DNA of 64,000 nucleotides from Felis catus (Eukaryota). Each line of letters opens with the position of its first letter. Position 1 is the stretch's first letter. The notes beneath the pieces are model-generated. The model had not been told where the DNA came from. It ran no database searches and worked only from the letters and a program-made list of their open reading frames with translations. A program made the translations under genes and the position numbers. Shown piece after piece: positions 13,624-26,929 of this stretch. The stretch covers positions 64,668,001 through 64,732,000 of the forward strand of contig NC_058368.1 in the NCBI RefSeq assembly GCF_018350175.1, written 5' to 3'.

Positions 13624-14966
13624 AAAATAGAATCCCATTAACTTCCTGTCTTTCAGATGTCCTCCAAAATCTCTGAGCCACTCATAGAACCCCTGGTCCC
13701 ATCCTCTTCTCAGCACTTCTCTGTATTTATCTCATTTTGTTTCTTTTGACTGGAACAGAAGCTAACTATTCTCAATTTGCATTGAAAATTTTAAACATTA
13801 TTTAATATTAAACTCCAGTCTCTCTTCAATCTTGCCCCAGTATCCAGATGCAGGCTAGATTGAAGCAAAAGCATTCAACTACAAGAAAGGAGATTTAATT
13901 TCAGTTCCAGGGCACATAGAGTATGCGTTCCCCAGATACAATGGAATAGAACCAGATGCATTTAAAATGAAAGCCAATCAAGACTGATGGGTTTGACAGC
14001 TTACTTACTCAACTTCATTGCCCCCCGCCCCGTGCCATTTCAGCCATAAAGGTGTATATATGTGTGTATATATTAAGTTCTTAATTTTTGCACCAGTATT
14101 GTTTCACAAGATCCCTTTAGAAATATCCAGTATTCATTTTAATTTCAGTCAGAATAAGTATAAAATCACTTCCCCTTATAACATTAATTTTTAACTTCAA
14201 ACCTTCAGAGACATAAGTGTGCTTTACAAAAATCTCCTATCATTTCTTTCCTCCAGCAAAAATCACGCAGTGATCTGTTTTTGCCAGTGAAGAATTAGAT
14301 ATGTAAATGGGAAGAGGGCATTGGAAGGCAGAGAGCACCTAGGAATAGACTGGGTGGTCACATGGGTTTTTCTTCATTAAGACATTTTAAAGTTTAGTTC
14401 TCAGTTTGAAGATAATTTAAATTGAAAGAATTTTTGTACCTTGCTACTGCAATAAGTTCCCTGTAAACGCATGAAGTTTTACAAATGAGAAGCTGTGTGG
14501 CACTTGCGCTAAGCAAGGTGCTCAGCGCTAAGGCAACAGAACATTCCTTAAATATCTCCCTTTGATGTCACAGCCTGAAAATTAGGCATTAAAAATGAAT
14601 AGCCCTGCAACTCTAAGAAAAATTAAAGCAAGTAACATATAATTTAATGAATCCCTATGTGATAGGAAACCATAGTTCAAATTGATATCAGAAAATACCC
14701 CCCATCCCTTAACCTCTAAATATATTAAAGCCAGCTCAATTCTTGGGTCTTCTAGTAAAACTTCTTGAGTAATTCCAATCTACATTGATCTCTTTCTTCG
14801 AAAACCTTATCTGTATTTATATCAATCATCAACTTGTAATCATAACCATCTTATAGCAATATCTAAACTCCTTCAATGCTATATATCTTTCTTCCTTTTG
14901 AGATTACACATTCAATGAAGTCAAGAACCATATCTTACTCTTCTTTTGTACCTCTCGGTGCAATAC

Positions 14967-14967
14967 T

Positions 14968-15010
<43 letters not shown>
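14967..15010. repeat. (TTTA)n microsatellite flanked by a near-perfect direct repeat
   Basis: GTGCAATACTTT at 14958 and GTGCGATACTTT at 15011. Confidence 0.9.
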
Positions 15011-15825
15011 GTGCGATACTTTTAAACACTGAAGTGAGATAAACCTCAAAATAAACGGGATCTGACACAGTCAGATTTAACTAGCAAGATTCCAATATCA
15101 TAAGATGTATCATTTCATCTGCAATGTTCAAAGGTCTAAGCATCACATATAGATAGATAAATATAGATGCATGCATGTGCATGTATATATGCGTATATAC
15201 ATGGCAATAACCTTGAAAGTTTGGTATTATTAGCCTTGTTCTGCAGATGTATAAAGAACTTTCTCAACATCATAGACTAAACAAGGATCCAAGCCCCAAT
15301 ATGGAATTTTCCTCCAAAACCCATGTAGTTTTTATTAAATCATCCTGTCTAGCTAACAACGATTCATATTTCAGATGGCAAAAAGGTAAAACTATAATGA
15401 ATGTGAATGTTCTTTGAATTCCTGAGTTTAAACATTTCAGGTTTTTTTATTAATATTCTCTGAATCACAAACTATAAAATTTCAATATAAAAAAGCAGTG
15501 AACAGAAGTTATCCAGAAACATGTGAGAGCAAGTTGACAGAAAACAAACAAACAAACACCATAAACAGGGAAAGGAATTATGAAAGGTTTGGGTCTGGGT
15601 ACAAGAAAAAGCAAACAAGGAACAAGGGAAACCATTACATTAAAAATAAAAAAAAATAGCTTTGTCATTTTTCATTCAAAATGATGTTATCTGTATAGCT
15701 TGAGTTTTTCTGGAAGATTTTACCAATAATGTGCATTCAATAGCGAGGAAGGACAGATCATTCTATAGCAACAAAGGCTACCTGTGAAAATGCCTGTGAA
15801 ATATAGTAAACCTGTGAAGAACCAT

Positions 15826-15893
15826 GCACTGACTTGCTCTGACTTGCACTGACTTACAATAAGATTGACCATTGACTCCTGACTCCTGACTTC
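15826..15893. repeat. Short tandem repeats GC(A/T)CTGACTT x3 and TGACT(C/T)C x3
   Basis: Seen directly. Confidence 0.8.
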
Positions 15894-16415
15894 ACCTGTC
15901 CTTTTCAGTAGAGATGAATAAACCTTATTTTCTGTGGTAGATATTATAGTTGCGTCTATTGGAAATGAAGTAAGGGTAACAGGATAATGGCAGGCAACCC
16001 TTATGAATGTGTTAGCCTCAGAGAATGCTAAAAACAGACAACTCTGTGTCTGGGAGATGGAACCAGAGGAAAGAGTCTCTGGTTCCTAGTATTCTCTCAG
16101 CTCAAGTTTCTGGATCGAATCAACAAAATGGGATCTAACTGGGCAGGAAACTGGTGAAATCATTGTTGGTGCCAATTTACAGGTGAGGTCTGAATGAATT
16201 TTGCATCTCAGACCCTGAATTTTGGACTGGCTTTTCCAGGATCATTTTATTAACCACTCAACGACTCAACAGCACATCTTAGGAAAGTGAAGATTTGAAC
16301 ATCCTTTATCACTTTTTCTTTTTGCTGTACTTAAAAACACCCAAATAAACTAAATGTTACTACACCAATTGGTTAGATGCAGCAGTCCTCAAACTTTTCT
16401 GTGTTAGAAACATTT

Positions 16416-16594
16416 AGGGAGACAAACCATAAGAGATTCTTAAATGCAGAGAACAAATTGAAAGTTGCTGGAGGGTAGCTGGGTAAGGGGATGGGCTAAA
16501 TAGGTGATGGGCATTAAGGAGGGCGCTTGGTTGGGATGAGCACTGGGTGTTATATGTAAGTGATGAATCACTAAATTCTATTCCTAAAAAAAAA
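16416..16594 (+). mobile_element. Carnivore L1 3'UTR fragment
   Basis: GGGAGACAAACCATAAGAGATTCTTAAA..GGGATGAGCACTGGGTGTTATATGTAAGTGATGAATCACTAAATTCTA. Confidence 0.88.
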
Positions 16595-16651
16595 GAATAT
16601 ATGAAAGTGTACTGTAAAAAAAGAAATGAGGCTTAAAAAGTATAACTCGCA

Positions 16652-16856
16652 GAGGCACCTGGGTGGCTCAGTTGGTTAAGCTTACGACTCTTGATCTTGG
16701 CTCAGGTCATGATCTGACATTTTTTGTGTTTGAGCCCCACATCGGGCTGCATGCTGACAGTGCAGAGTCTGCTTGGTATTCTCTCTCTTTCTGCCCCTTC
16801 CCTTGTTGTTCTCTCTTTCTCCCTCTCTCTCAAAATAAATAAATAATCTTTAAAAA
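16652..16856 (+). mobile_element. Can-SINE
   Basis: Head, CT tract and (AAAT)n tail. Confidence 0.9.
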
Positions 16857-17160
16857 TTATAATTTAGAACAAAGTTCTAAAAATGAAAACCTTAAGTGTT
16901 CATCATCTGTAAGAAGAATAATCCTCAACGTTTTCTAAAGTTCTTAATGTGTTCTAGAATACAGCCTTACACTTACATTAATTCATGACATCCTCACACT
17001 AATCCTATAAGGTCATTTAGAAGAAGAGATTTGGATCTTAAATAGCTTGCTCAAATAGTGACACTGATTTTGAACTACACTACCTGTCCCAGGCAGTTCC
17101 TGGGAAATGAGTGCATTACTAATCAGCTTGAATTCTTTACAGAAGCAAGAGCAGCACTAC

Positions 17161-17616
17161 TTTTTTTTTCAATATATGAAATTTATCGTCAAATTTGTTT
17201 CCATACAACACCCAGTGCTCATCCCAAAAGGTGCCCTCCTCAATACCCATCACCCACCCTCCCCTCCCTCCCACCCCCCATCAACCCTCAGTTTGTTCTC
17301 AGTTTTTAAGAGTCTCTTATGCTTTGGCTCTCTCCCACTCTAACCTTTTTTTTTCCTTCCCCTCCCCCATGGGTGTCTGTTAAGTTTCTCAGGATCCACA
17401 TAAGAGTGAAAACATATGGTATCTGTCTTTCTCTGTATGTCTTATTTCACTTAGCATCACACTCTCCAGTTCCATCCACGTTGCTACAAAGGGCCATATT
17501 TCGTTCTTTCTCATTGCCATGTAGTACTCCATTGTGTATATAAACCACAATTTCTTTATCCATTCATCAGTTGATGGACATTTAGGCTCTTTCCATAATT
17601 TGGCTATTGTTGAGAG
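17161..17616 (-). mobile_element. Young felid L1 (L1_Fc-type), 5'-truncated
   Basis: Minus frame encodes intact ORF2 C-terminus (STIAKLWKEPKCPSTDEWIKKLW..DRYHMFSLLCGS); perfect 15 bp TSD GAGCAGCACTACTTT at 17149 and 17617. Confidence 0.95.
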
Positions 17617-17849
17617 GAGCAGCACTACTTTCATCAGCACACCTATGGATTTATACTATTTTAACACATGAAGAATGCGGCATTACAATCCGACTGGTCT
17701 GCAGCAAGAAAATTATGAAACTGAGACAAAGCCTTCAAAAATTATATGTAACATGAATGTTACAATTATATGAGTAATTGTATGTCTATTAAATATAATA
17801 CTGCAAAAGGCAAACTAATCCAATATGAAAAAAATAATTATTTGGGGGA

Positions 17850-17980
17850 ACTTTTAAAATATTGATCCACAGGCCACATCTTAGATCAATTATATTAGAA
17901 TCTTTGGGATGAAACCCTAACATCTTTATTTTTTCAAACTCCAGAGGTAATCTAAATGGGAGAACAAATTTGAAAACTGT
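17850..17980. mobile_element. MER5-like hAT DNA transposon relic
   Basis: ATTAGAATCTTTGGGATGAAACCC..CAAACTCCAGAGGTAATCTAAATG..TTTGAAAACTG. Confidence 0.45.
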
Positions 17981-19349
17981 TTTAATTAAATAGGATAATG
18001 TCAGCATAGAGACTTGGTTTAGAAGAGAACAGGGTCCAAGTTAGGGGCTTGAAAGACACATGGGCGAACGTCGTTAGCCAGTCATCTTAAAATGAAAGTG
18101 TAAAATATGTCATACGGTCACAGTAAGTGATAACCCCAGAAAATTCATATATAAGGAATAAAATTCTGTGGAAATTCTGAATAAAACTAATAGCATGCAA
18201 CTTTTATTCAAAGTACAACTGTTATGTGGAAAATTACCTTGATGTAATAGTAGCTTCCCAGAACACGTCTAGAAAAGTGATCTCAGAGGCCATAAAACAT
18301 AAAGGCTTATCGTCAAAATTCTCCAATCACACAGATATTAAGTCAATTTTAAATGCATGGTGAGAGGTAAAAAGGAAGGAATTGAGGGAGGATAGCATAC
18401 CATGCTACCTGAATTCTAGAGTCTAGGTTTGCTACCTTTACAAGTTCTCACTCTCTCTGTCTCTGTCTCACCACCCCTACCCACGGATGGTGTAGTTTTG
18501 AAGACTAGAATTGGCATTTGTGAAAAACAACTAACACATGATAATCTGGGGCAACAGATTTGAGAGTATATTTGCTATTTGCTAACAAATATATTTGCTA
18601 TATTTGAAGGAATCAGGCAAGTGTTTCTGGCCACAGAAGAACTCCCCATGTAGCTTGCTGAATAGGCATGATTGTATCTGTATTTCTTGGACAGTGCATA
18701 TGTGGAGCCAATATGAGACTATTGTGCGTGCTACAAAAGGGCAGCCAATTTACCGTTAAAATAACTGTGAGCTGAGAGAATCATAACTTATTACTTCATC
18801 TTTCCATCCTTCCTTTCTAGAAGAAACAGTCTTACCATGTATCACACTTGTTTTATTAACACATCTTATAAATCACAATCTTACTTTCTCCAACATCTCT
18901 TTTGAATTTTATGTGTCATAAGCTACTTGCTTACTCATACCTATGTTTAACAAATACTATGAGATTTGTCTCTCTCTCGTAAATTGCTAGCTCTCTCACT
19001 CTCTGTGTTTAACATTCTTACAAGCTTTGTTACTTCCGTTTATTTTTGTTTTATAACAGAATTGAATATTCTCAAATAATAAAGCAAGCACACATTTCAA
19101 CAATTTCCTTCATATCTGAAGGACAGGAATTTTTTATAGAGGTGAAAGAGACCTCTGTCACTTTCATTATTCACTTTGGATAACTTTATACATTTTTAAG
19201 TGGGAATGTTAACTGCTGTGTGCAACCCTTGTTAAGGACACTATGTTCAAGGAGAAAATGCTTTGGGCAAATCAGAAAAATTTAAATTAAAGGAAGGTGA
19301 CAAGTTAAACATTAAAGCATAAAAAAGGACGTCTCAAGAATGGAATGTC

Positions 19350-20188
19350 TCAGCAATGTATGTGTCCACCACCAGATGAATGAATAAAGGAGATGTGGTA
19401 TGTGAGTATATGTATATATGTGTGTGTGTTTATGTATGTATACACACATATACACACATGCATATATGTATACACATATGCATATATACACACATATACA
19501 TACAATGGACTATTACTCAGTCATTAAAAAGAATAAAATCTTGCCATGTGTGATACCGTGGATGGTCCTAAAGGGTATTATGCTAAGTAAAATAAGTCAT
19601 ACAGAGCAAGACAAATACCTTATGATTTTGATTATGTGTAGAATCAAAAATACAAACAAAATAGAAACCAACTCATAGTTACAGGAAACAAAATACTGGT
19701 TACCAGATGGTAGTGGGGGGGTAGGCAGAGGGGCAGGCAAAAATAGGTAAAGGGGATTAAGAGATCCAAACTTCTAGTTATAGAATAAATAAGTCACAGG
19801 GATGTGATGTACAGCCCTGGGGAAATATAGTCAATAATATTGTAATGATTTTGTGCGGTGACAGATGTTCTAGACTTCTTGTGGGAATCACTTCATATTG
19901 TATAAAAATATAGGGGCACCTGGGTGGTTCAGTTGGTTAAGCATCTGACTGTTCATAACGGCTCAGGTCGTGATCTCATAGTTTGTGAGTTTGAGCCCCT
20001 CATTGGGCTCTGCACTGATAGCTCTGAGCCTGCTTGGAATTCATTCATTCACACTTCATTTTCTCTCTCTGTCTCTCTCTCTTAAAATAAATAAATAAAC
20101 ATTAAAAAAATAATAAAAATATTGAGTCACTGATGTACACCTAAAACTAATAGGACATTATATACCAATTATACTTAAAAAAAAAAAA
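19350..20188 (+). mobile_element. L1 3' fragment (L1MA9-like) interrupted by a SINE and an (RY)n tract
   Basis: Frame TMDYYSVIKKNKILPCVIPWMVLKGIMLSKISHTEQDKYLMI resembles L1 ORF2 end; A tail ends at 20188. Confidence 0.88.
19913..20113 (+). mobile_element. Can-SINE nested in L1
   Basis: GGGGCACCTGGGTGG head; TSD TAAAAATAT. Confidence 0.9.
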
Positions 20189-20536
20189 GAATGGCCCATT
20201 TTTAGCAAAATCTCAGGCTAAATACAAATGCAAAATTTATTGATGTTTTTCAAAGACCCACAACTGTCATTAAAGAATAATTATCCATTGTAGGAACTAC
20301 GGGTATTAATCTCTCAAATCAGTCCATTAAGTTGCACAATGAGGTAAGATTTGTATCATCAGAAACAGTATTTTATATTTTAATAATTGTGCATAATAGG
20401 GGTATAAACAAATAAATTTGACATATATATATATACATATATGTATGTATATGTATAACATGTAAAATACACATATGCATATATACAGAAATAACCAAAA
20501 GGTATCTTGATTTTATGGCTGGTTACTTCATAATGC

Positions 20537-21027
20537 CTATGCTAGTCAGGGTACCAGCAGGAAGAAGTCATACACACATAAGGATAACTGAAGAAAATTT
20601 ATTAAGGACATATTTACAAAGGTAAAGCTAGGATGTAGGAAAACACAGGAATCAGTACAGTATCCTGTGCTAGTGATTGCAAAGCCATTACAATCTCTAG
20701 GCCTGAATACACTCTTAGAGGGGTTTCTGGAACCCAAAATGTGACAATCCTAAGGAAAGGGCTATCCTGAGAGGAGCTGTCACCTTTGCTTGAAGGACAC
20801 GTTCAGCTTGAGGTTACAAGACAGGAAACAATCCAGAGGAATACGTGCCGGACTTAGCTCTTCCATCTCTGAAACCTGGCCATGTGTTCCCGATGGCCAA
20901 ACCCAGCGGAGCTGGAAGTAAGGGTGCCTGTTGCTGTCATTTCTATGGATCAGCTTTTTGGAGAAGAGAGCAGGGTTAAAACGAGTGGAGTGGGACAAGA
21001 AGGGCAAGTTAGTTATCTGGCCTAACA
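20537..21027 (-). mobile_element. ERVL solo LTR (LTR33-like)
   Basis: CAGGGTACCAGCAGGAAG..ATTTACAAAGG..CTAGGCCTGAA resembles recalled LTR33 reverse strand. Confidence 0.6.
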
Positions 21028-21424
21028 CCTAAGTGATATGTGTAAATGTAAGATCATTTATTCAGTGGACTCCTTTCAGAACAGATGAAGAAACACAGAG
21101 AGAATGGAGATGATTTTCTCCAAGTCTTTACTCTAAACACCTGTAATAAAGATAAAGATGATTAAGGCAGAGTCCAAACCTCATGAGCTCACAGTCCACA
21201 GGGGAGATAGTCATGTAAATAAATAGATAAATATTTAAAGTAGCATTAAAGTAGAAAGGTGACTGCTGTATGAAGCCCTTGTTCAGGACAGTTATGTTCA
21301 AGGAGGAAATGTATGTAAATCAAAAGAAATAGAAATTATATAAAACTATATACATATAAAATTGCTGCCAACAAATGTGTCCTGAAGTGGCAACATGCAG
21401 GACAAAATCAGTTTCATGTTGAGT

Positions 21425-21549
21425 GGTACATGGAATTAATATTCTTTTATGTTAATATGAAGCAATGGGGATTCATGGAGTTATGTGACTCATTCAGAGT
21501 TTTCAAGTAAATATCACATCCAGCACTTTGAGCTTTTCTCTCTCCAAGT
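21425..21549. repeat. Copy 1 of 125 bp local direct duplication (MIR-derived)
   Basis: 11 mismatches and no indels versus 25343-25467 by manual alignment. Confidence 0.92.
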
Positions 21550-22404
21550 GGGCTGTGGGTGTTAACAATACTGTATCTCTTAAGCATCTTCATAGGAAAG
21601 GCAATACAAACAATAATTATAGATTATAAAATTGTATTTTATATCATCCAGTAGCTAACAGCACAGCCTATTTTTGAGGTATGTGATTCAGGAACTTACT
21701 TTTCTGCGTGTGAAATGTGAACACGAGAGAGGCAATTTACCTCCACTGACCTAGCCCTTAATTCTCATGAGGATACTTTATTTAGCCCAGCTCCCCTCAG
21801 GATGGAACCTAGAAAAGTGAACATTTCAATGGGGAAGCTATAGGGCTAACATCACCTCTTCTATCTGTGGCTAAATAAAAGCCAAATAAATAATTATTTC
21901 ATCTCCAAAATGATACAAATTTCTAGGTGATGTTTACTAAGGAAAATTAGCTCTAAAAAAGTCACATCTGGTAAATAATGATGTTGTTAAATTGGTTTTG
22001 CAATTACATCCCCAGCTAACTGTAAATGTATGACAATTAGGTTTCTCTGAATACAAACAGTTTGTGGTATAATTCTCCCTACTGCCTCTCACTGCAAACC
22101 AGGCTCCGAAACATTAAAATAGTTTAAAAATATAATTTACCTTTTGAGATTCCTTCACTAGTTTTTAACAAATGTGTAGATATTTCAAACGATAATTTGA
22201 AAATGTCACATGCAAATCAACTTCTATGATTGAATTTTAAAGCATAGCCTGAAGCTCCTGGGCTGAGGAACACCCACTGATAAACGATTTATTTAAAGAT
22301 ATATCATTTATAAATAACAGCCCTGTAATTGCTATGAAAATCTTGAAGCTATTGGATAAATAACAAAGCATGTAATCCTGCTTCAATTTTCACTTTGCTT
22401 ATTA

Positions 22405-22535
22405 TTTTTTTGTAATAGCTTTACTGAAATACAATTCACTCACCTGAAATAGAAGTCATCCATTCAAAGATTATTATTTAATAGTGTTTAATGTATTTGC
22501 AGAGTTGTGCAACCATCAGCACAATCAATTTACAT
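22405..22535 (-). mobile_element. Old L1 (L1MB-like) 3' end
   Basis: AGCTTTACTGAAATACAATTCAC..GAGTTGTGCAACCATCAGCACAATCAATT. Confidence 0.6.
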
Positions 22536-22544
22536 ATTTTTTGA

Positions 22545-23190
22545 ACTTCAGCAAATATATATTTAGCAAGGACCACAGTTCGAGGTATGGTTTAGACAGT
22601 CAGCAGGGTATCCTACCAAGTTCCTGCTCATATGGAATGTATATTCTTGTGTGAGGAACGCACAGTTAATATAGAAGCAAATACATGTGATAAGTAGTAG
22701 ATCTCATGTGATAAATGCTAGGAAGGAAAGCAAAATGGGAGGACTATTGCAGGAGGTAAGTGATCAGGTGGGAAAGAGCTCTGTGAAAAATGGCGGTGAT
22801 TGAAATAAGGGGATGGGTCAGGTGGACAACTGAGAGAAGAGCCTTTTAAGCAGAGAAAAAGGTAAACACACACCTCCAATGGGGATTTATGCTTGGCAAG
22901 TTTGAGAAAGAGCAAGAAGGCCAGTATAGAGCAGTGAGACCAAGACCACAAAGATGAGAAGGGGCAGAGACTTGTGGGTGCACAGCCTTGTGGTCCATGG
23001 TCTGTTCTTACTCTCAGTAGAGAGGGGATTGATGGAGGGCTTTAAGCAGCAAAATATCAGCTCTGATTTATATTGTAAAAGTATCATTCTGGCAGCTGTA
23101 TAGGCCAACTCTAACTGACCCATCTGGGTCAAAGGTGGAAGGAAGGAGGCTATTACAGGAGTCCAAGCATGAGCTGAGAGGGCTTGGACT
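22545..23190 (-). mobile_element. L2 relic
   Basis: GCAAGTTTGAGAAAGAGCAAGAAGGCCAGT..TTTAAGCAG..ATCATTCTGGCAGCTGT..GGCTATTACAGGAGTCCAAG typical of antisense L2. Confidence 0.75.
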
Positions 23191-25342
23191 TAGTTTTGTT
23201 GTACTCTATTTTAACACAGATATGTTAGCATATCAGTCATGTGAATATGATCATCAGTTACTAGGTCCAAATGATACCAGTCACTTTACGTTTGTGCTTA
23301 ATAAAAATTTCATTTATATTCAGGAAGTACATTATTTTTGTCTACGTGATTTTAAAAGAAGAGAATCTTACCTCCTTATTATTCTCATCCTTACTTTTTA
23401 AAAATATGTCCTGTAAGTGGAATGCATTGCTGCTCCACTGTGGTGTCTTAGATATCCACCTCCTTAGGAATTCCATTCAAATATTTTGAAAAAAGCACAG
23501 GGTTTCTTCTCCACGAAGAAGGCCTTATCTGTCAACACAAATATTTTCTGCTCTTTATTAGTGGTTTATAGAGGTGCTTAAGTTGCTCCTGAGAAATATT
23601 AGTGAATATCTCACTGCCTCACAAAAAGACCCTTGATCAGATACTAGGATGTACGGGGCACTATTTTACACACTAAAGCTCTCACTCTTTACTTTTTTTG
23701 TACGCAGACTTTAAAAAAATAAGGCCAATAATGGACTTTGCATAGTCTTATATTTTTTCTTTAGCATCTTTGGATCTAAGCATAGCACCATAGACATTAC
23801 ATTTCTAAATTGTTTGCATTCATCCATTCAACTGACATATATGTGTTAGTCTTTCGTATGTCATTCAATCTTCTTGGTGTCAGGCCTACAAACATGCTTG
23901 CCTTCCAGAAGTTCACAATCTGCATGGGACAAGTGAGCATATAGGTATTTTCAATAGAGTGGAATAAATGACAGCCAGGTGATGTGACAGGGATAGAAAA
24001 GAGAGTCCCTGTGTTGCACAATGCCCAGGCCACCATTTATATGGAATGCAGTATAATTTGTGTCCTGTGAGTGGTGCAGTATCGTGAGCCTCCAGGCAAA
24101 CATAGTTCGCATGCCGATGCTAATTAACTGGTAATTCTGATGGATAAAACCCATTCTGAGCCTGCACTGAGGGAAGATGTGAGGAATTATCCATGTCTTC
24201 CTTTAACATGGGAGGAGAGAACGGGAGTGAGCATGTCACACAGTTTCTAGTATGTGTCATGAAAATAGTAAAGTGAGAGAAATTGCAGGGAGATGTCTGA
24301 AGAAAACAAAAAGTAATGAAGAGCTAATTCTCATAGATAAGGGTGAAGGATACTCCTGTAGAAAGCGTATCATGTACAAATATCCAGAGAAATAAAAGGC
24401 CGTGCAGAATTCTTAAAATTGCAAATAACACCAGGATGAACAAAGAGCATAGCTTATGAGAAGAGTGTGAGAAATATGTTCAGAAAAGCGGCTGCAGACA
24501 GATAGTGAAAAGCCTAGAAGCCTACGATGTAAAGTTGGATTTTTAGCCATGTGTTGTCATGATGAATTTTTGCACTTTAAACAGCAACTTTGGTGTCAAT
24601 ATACAGAGTGAATTGGAAAAATGAGTACAGGAAGCAGAGCCAACAAAAAAGACTCAGTAAAACAGGCAAGTTCAGCTTGACTCAGTTAAGTTTTAAGGAT
24701 GGCCAATATGTGTGGACACCAGGCTAGGCATCATATCAACAGCCAGGAATATGACACACACCTGCTTTAACCCCACGTGTTCTGGGAGCAAGAGAGAAAG
24801 AGAAGAACCAGGAACAAGGATGACAGAGCCAAACAGGGCCATTCCCTTTCAACACAGTGAGTACCAATTCCTGGGGCGAACAGGGTCCCCCAGAGCTCTT
24901 AGCATTTCTGCCCTAAATCCTTAAGATAACATGCTACTTAATCCCTGAGCTGCCCCTGCCCCCCACCCTGACACACACACATGAACATACACACAGGAAT
25001 CTACATGCAGGAACAATGTTATGTTCACTCAGCTTGTTTCCCCTCTTTTCTTTCTCAGCCATTGAGTCCTTCATCAACATCTCCTCATCAGCTAGAATTT
25101 AAGAAATGTGCACAATTTGGGATGATGACTGCTTTTCTACTTTGAAGGAAAACAAAATAAATTTCCTATCTTGGTTTAGAAATGAAAGAAAAAGAATATC
25201 ATACTTTTTTTTATAGGTTCTGTCCTATCACATAGGAGACTAATACCTAAAGAACATTAACAATCACATTTTTATACTTAGGAAATTAGAAATATAAAGC
25301 TAATATATATAGTATTTTAATTCATCCTTATAAAACTCTAGA

Positions 25343-25467
25343 GGTACATGGAATTAATATTCTTTTATGTTCACATGAAGAAGTGGGGATTCATGGAGTT
25401 ATGTGACTCACTCAAAGTTTACCAGTAAATATCACAGCCAGGACTTTGAACTTTTCTCTCTCCAAGT
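25343..25467. repeat. Copy 2 of 125 bp local direct duplication
   Basis: Matches 21425-21549 at a constant offset of 3918 bp. Confidence 0.92.
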
Positions 25468-26929
25468 TAGCTGAGTAAATGTTGCGTGAATCTGGTTATG
25501 AAATGTGTTTCTTGTAGGTCCTAGTTAGCTCTAATGATGCTCTGTTATTGTGAAGCTGTTTTCAGCCTTCAGCAGCACTGGAAAGATTTTTTTTCTGCCA
25601 TCTGTACCAAGACTTAGAAGAGGATGATGGAACACTCCTTTTCTTTTGCCCTTTCAAATGAGATGATTTAGTTGAAATCTTGAGAATCATTAGTTAAGTG
25701 CAGCAAGAAAGCATTTTGGCATTTACACATAGTGCCACAATTTTCTCCTGTTGTTTTTAATCCCTGAAGACGGAGGCAATATCCTTTATTCACAAAAGTC
25801 TATTTTTTTTCAGCATTCTACAAAATTAAATTTCATTTCTGCCCCTTTATGCCCTACATTTTAGATCAGATCTTGGTTCTTCTTATTTTGAAAGCATGAA
25901 AGACATTTTTCCCCCTTAGATATCATGAGATTATTAGTGAGAAAAGAAATAATTCAAGAGATTTTGCTATTATAACAAATATGTTATTCTCAAATTCAAA
26001 TAAATAGTTAATTTTCTAAAAGCTGCTTGCCAAATCCCATAATCAGTTTCATTCTTACAAAAAATAACTATGTTACAAGGTAATTATGTCTTTGGTGACC
26101 CAATGAAGTTGTTCTTCCTCTTGCATAAAATTAGTTAAACTGGGGGGGGGGGCAGGCCATACAGAGCTAGAAATTAGGTTTTGTGTGCTAGGGAAATACC
26201 TTATTCATCATCATCCTATGTGTTTGAAGTATGAAGACTCTCCTTAAAGAAATTATGAGCACTTGTAGTACAGTCTGTATATATGCTAAGGACCAGTTTA
26301 ACTTTTCTGAACAAAACCTGTAACTTGATGTCCCCACTCTCTTCCTTGGCTCCATCCATTGTCTATTTCATGGTTGTAGATCGAGGACTGCACTCATGGC
26401 ATTCAAACATCCAAACTTTCCTCCTGAATTCCCTTCCTCTTCTTTCTTGTCAACAAAACATCGACAATTGAGTGCTCCTCCACCAATCTAGGATTCATGG
26501 TAAAGGTCTCAACCTGAGATCTTATTGCAGATTCAAGTTTATGCCTGCAGGAGTCTGAAACAGATGTTAGCCATCTCCACTGCCTACTCACCATTGTCTT
26601 TCTTCACTGAGCTCATCGATCAAATGCTTCTGTTTGTTGAGGCCTCTGTTAGATGACTCTTTTCGAAGAGGTTTTGTATCCATCTGGCCATGATCTTACT
26701 GTTGTTTAATGGGTATTTTTATTACATAATATTACTCTCTTCTAATACTGCTCCTCTCTTCTTAGTGCTGGGCTTTCTACATGTCTGTCTTGAATCAAAA
26801 CAAAACAAGTCACATCAAAATATAAAGTTATATAGAAGAGTCCCAGAAGTCAACTCACATTAATACTTGAAAGCATGAAAAGTAAATACAAGTTTTTAAC
26901 TCCTCAGGGCTCTTGGTTTTACCATTAAA

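Noticed and set aside
26283..26790. CR1/L3 reverse-transcriptase relic or retrocopy (ARWIQN motif)
   Set aside because: Similarity is limited to a few residues and downstream RT motifs are absent
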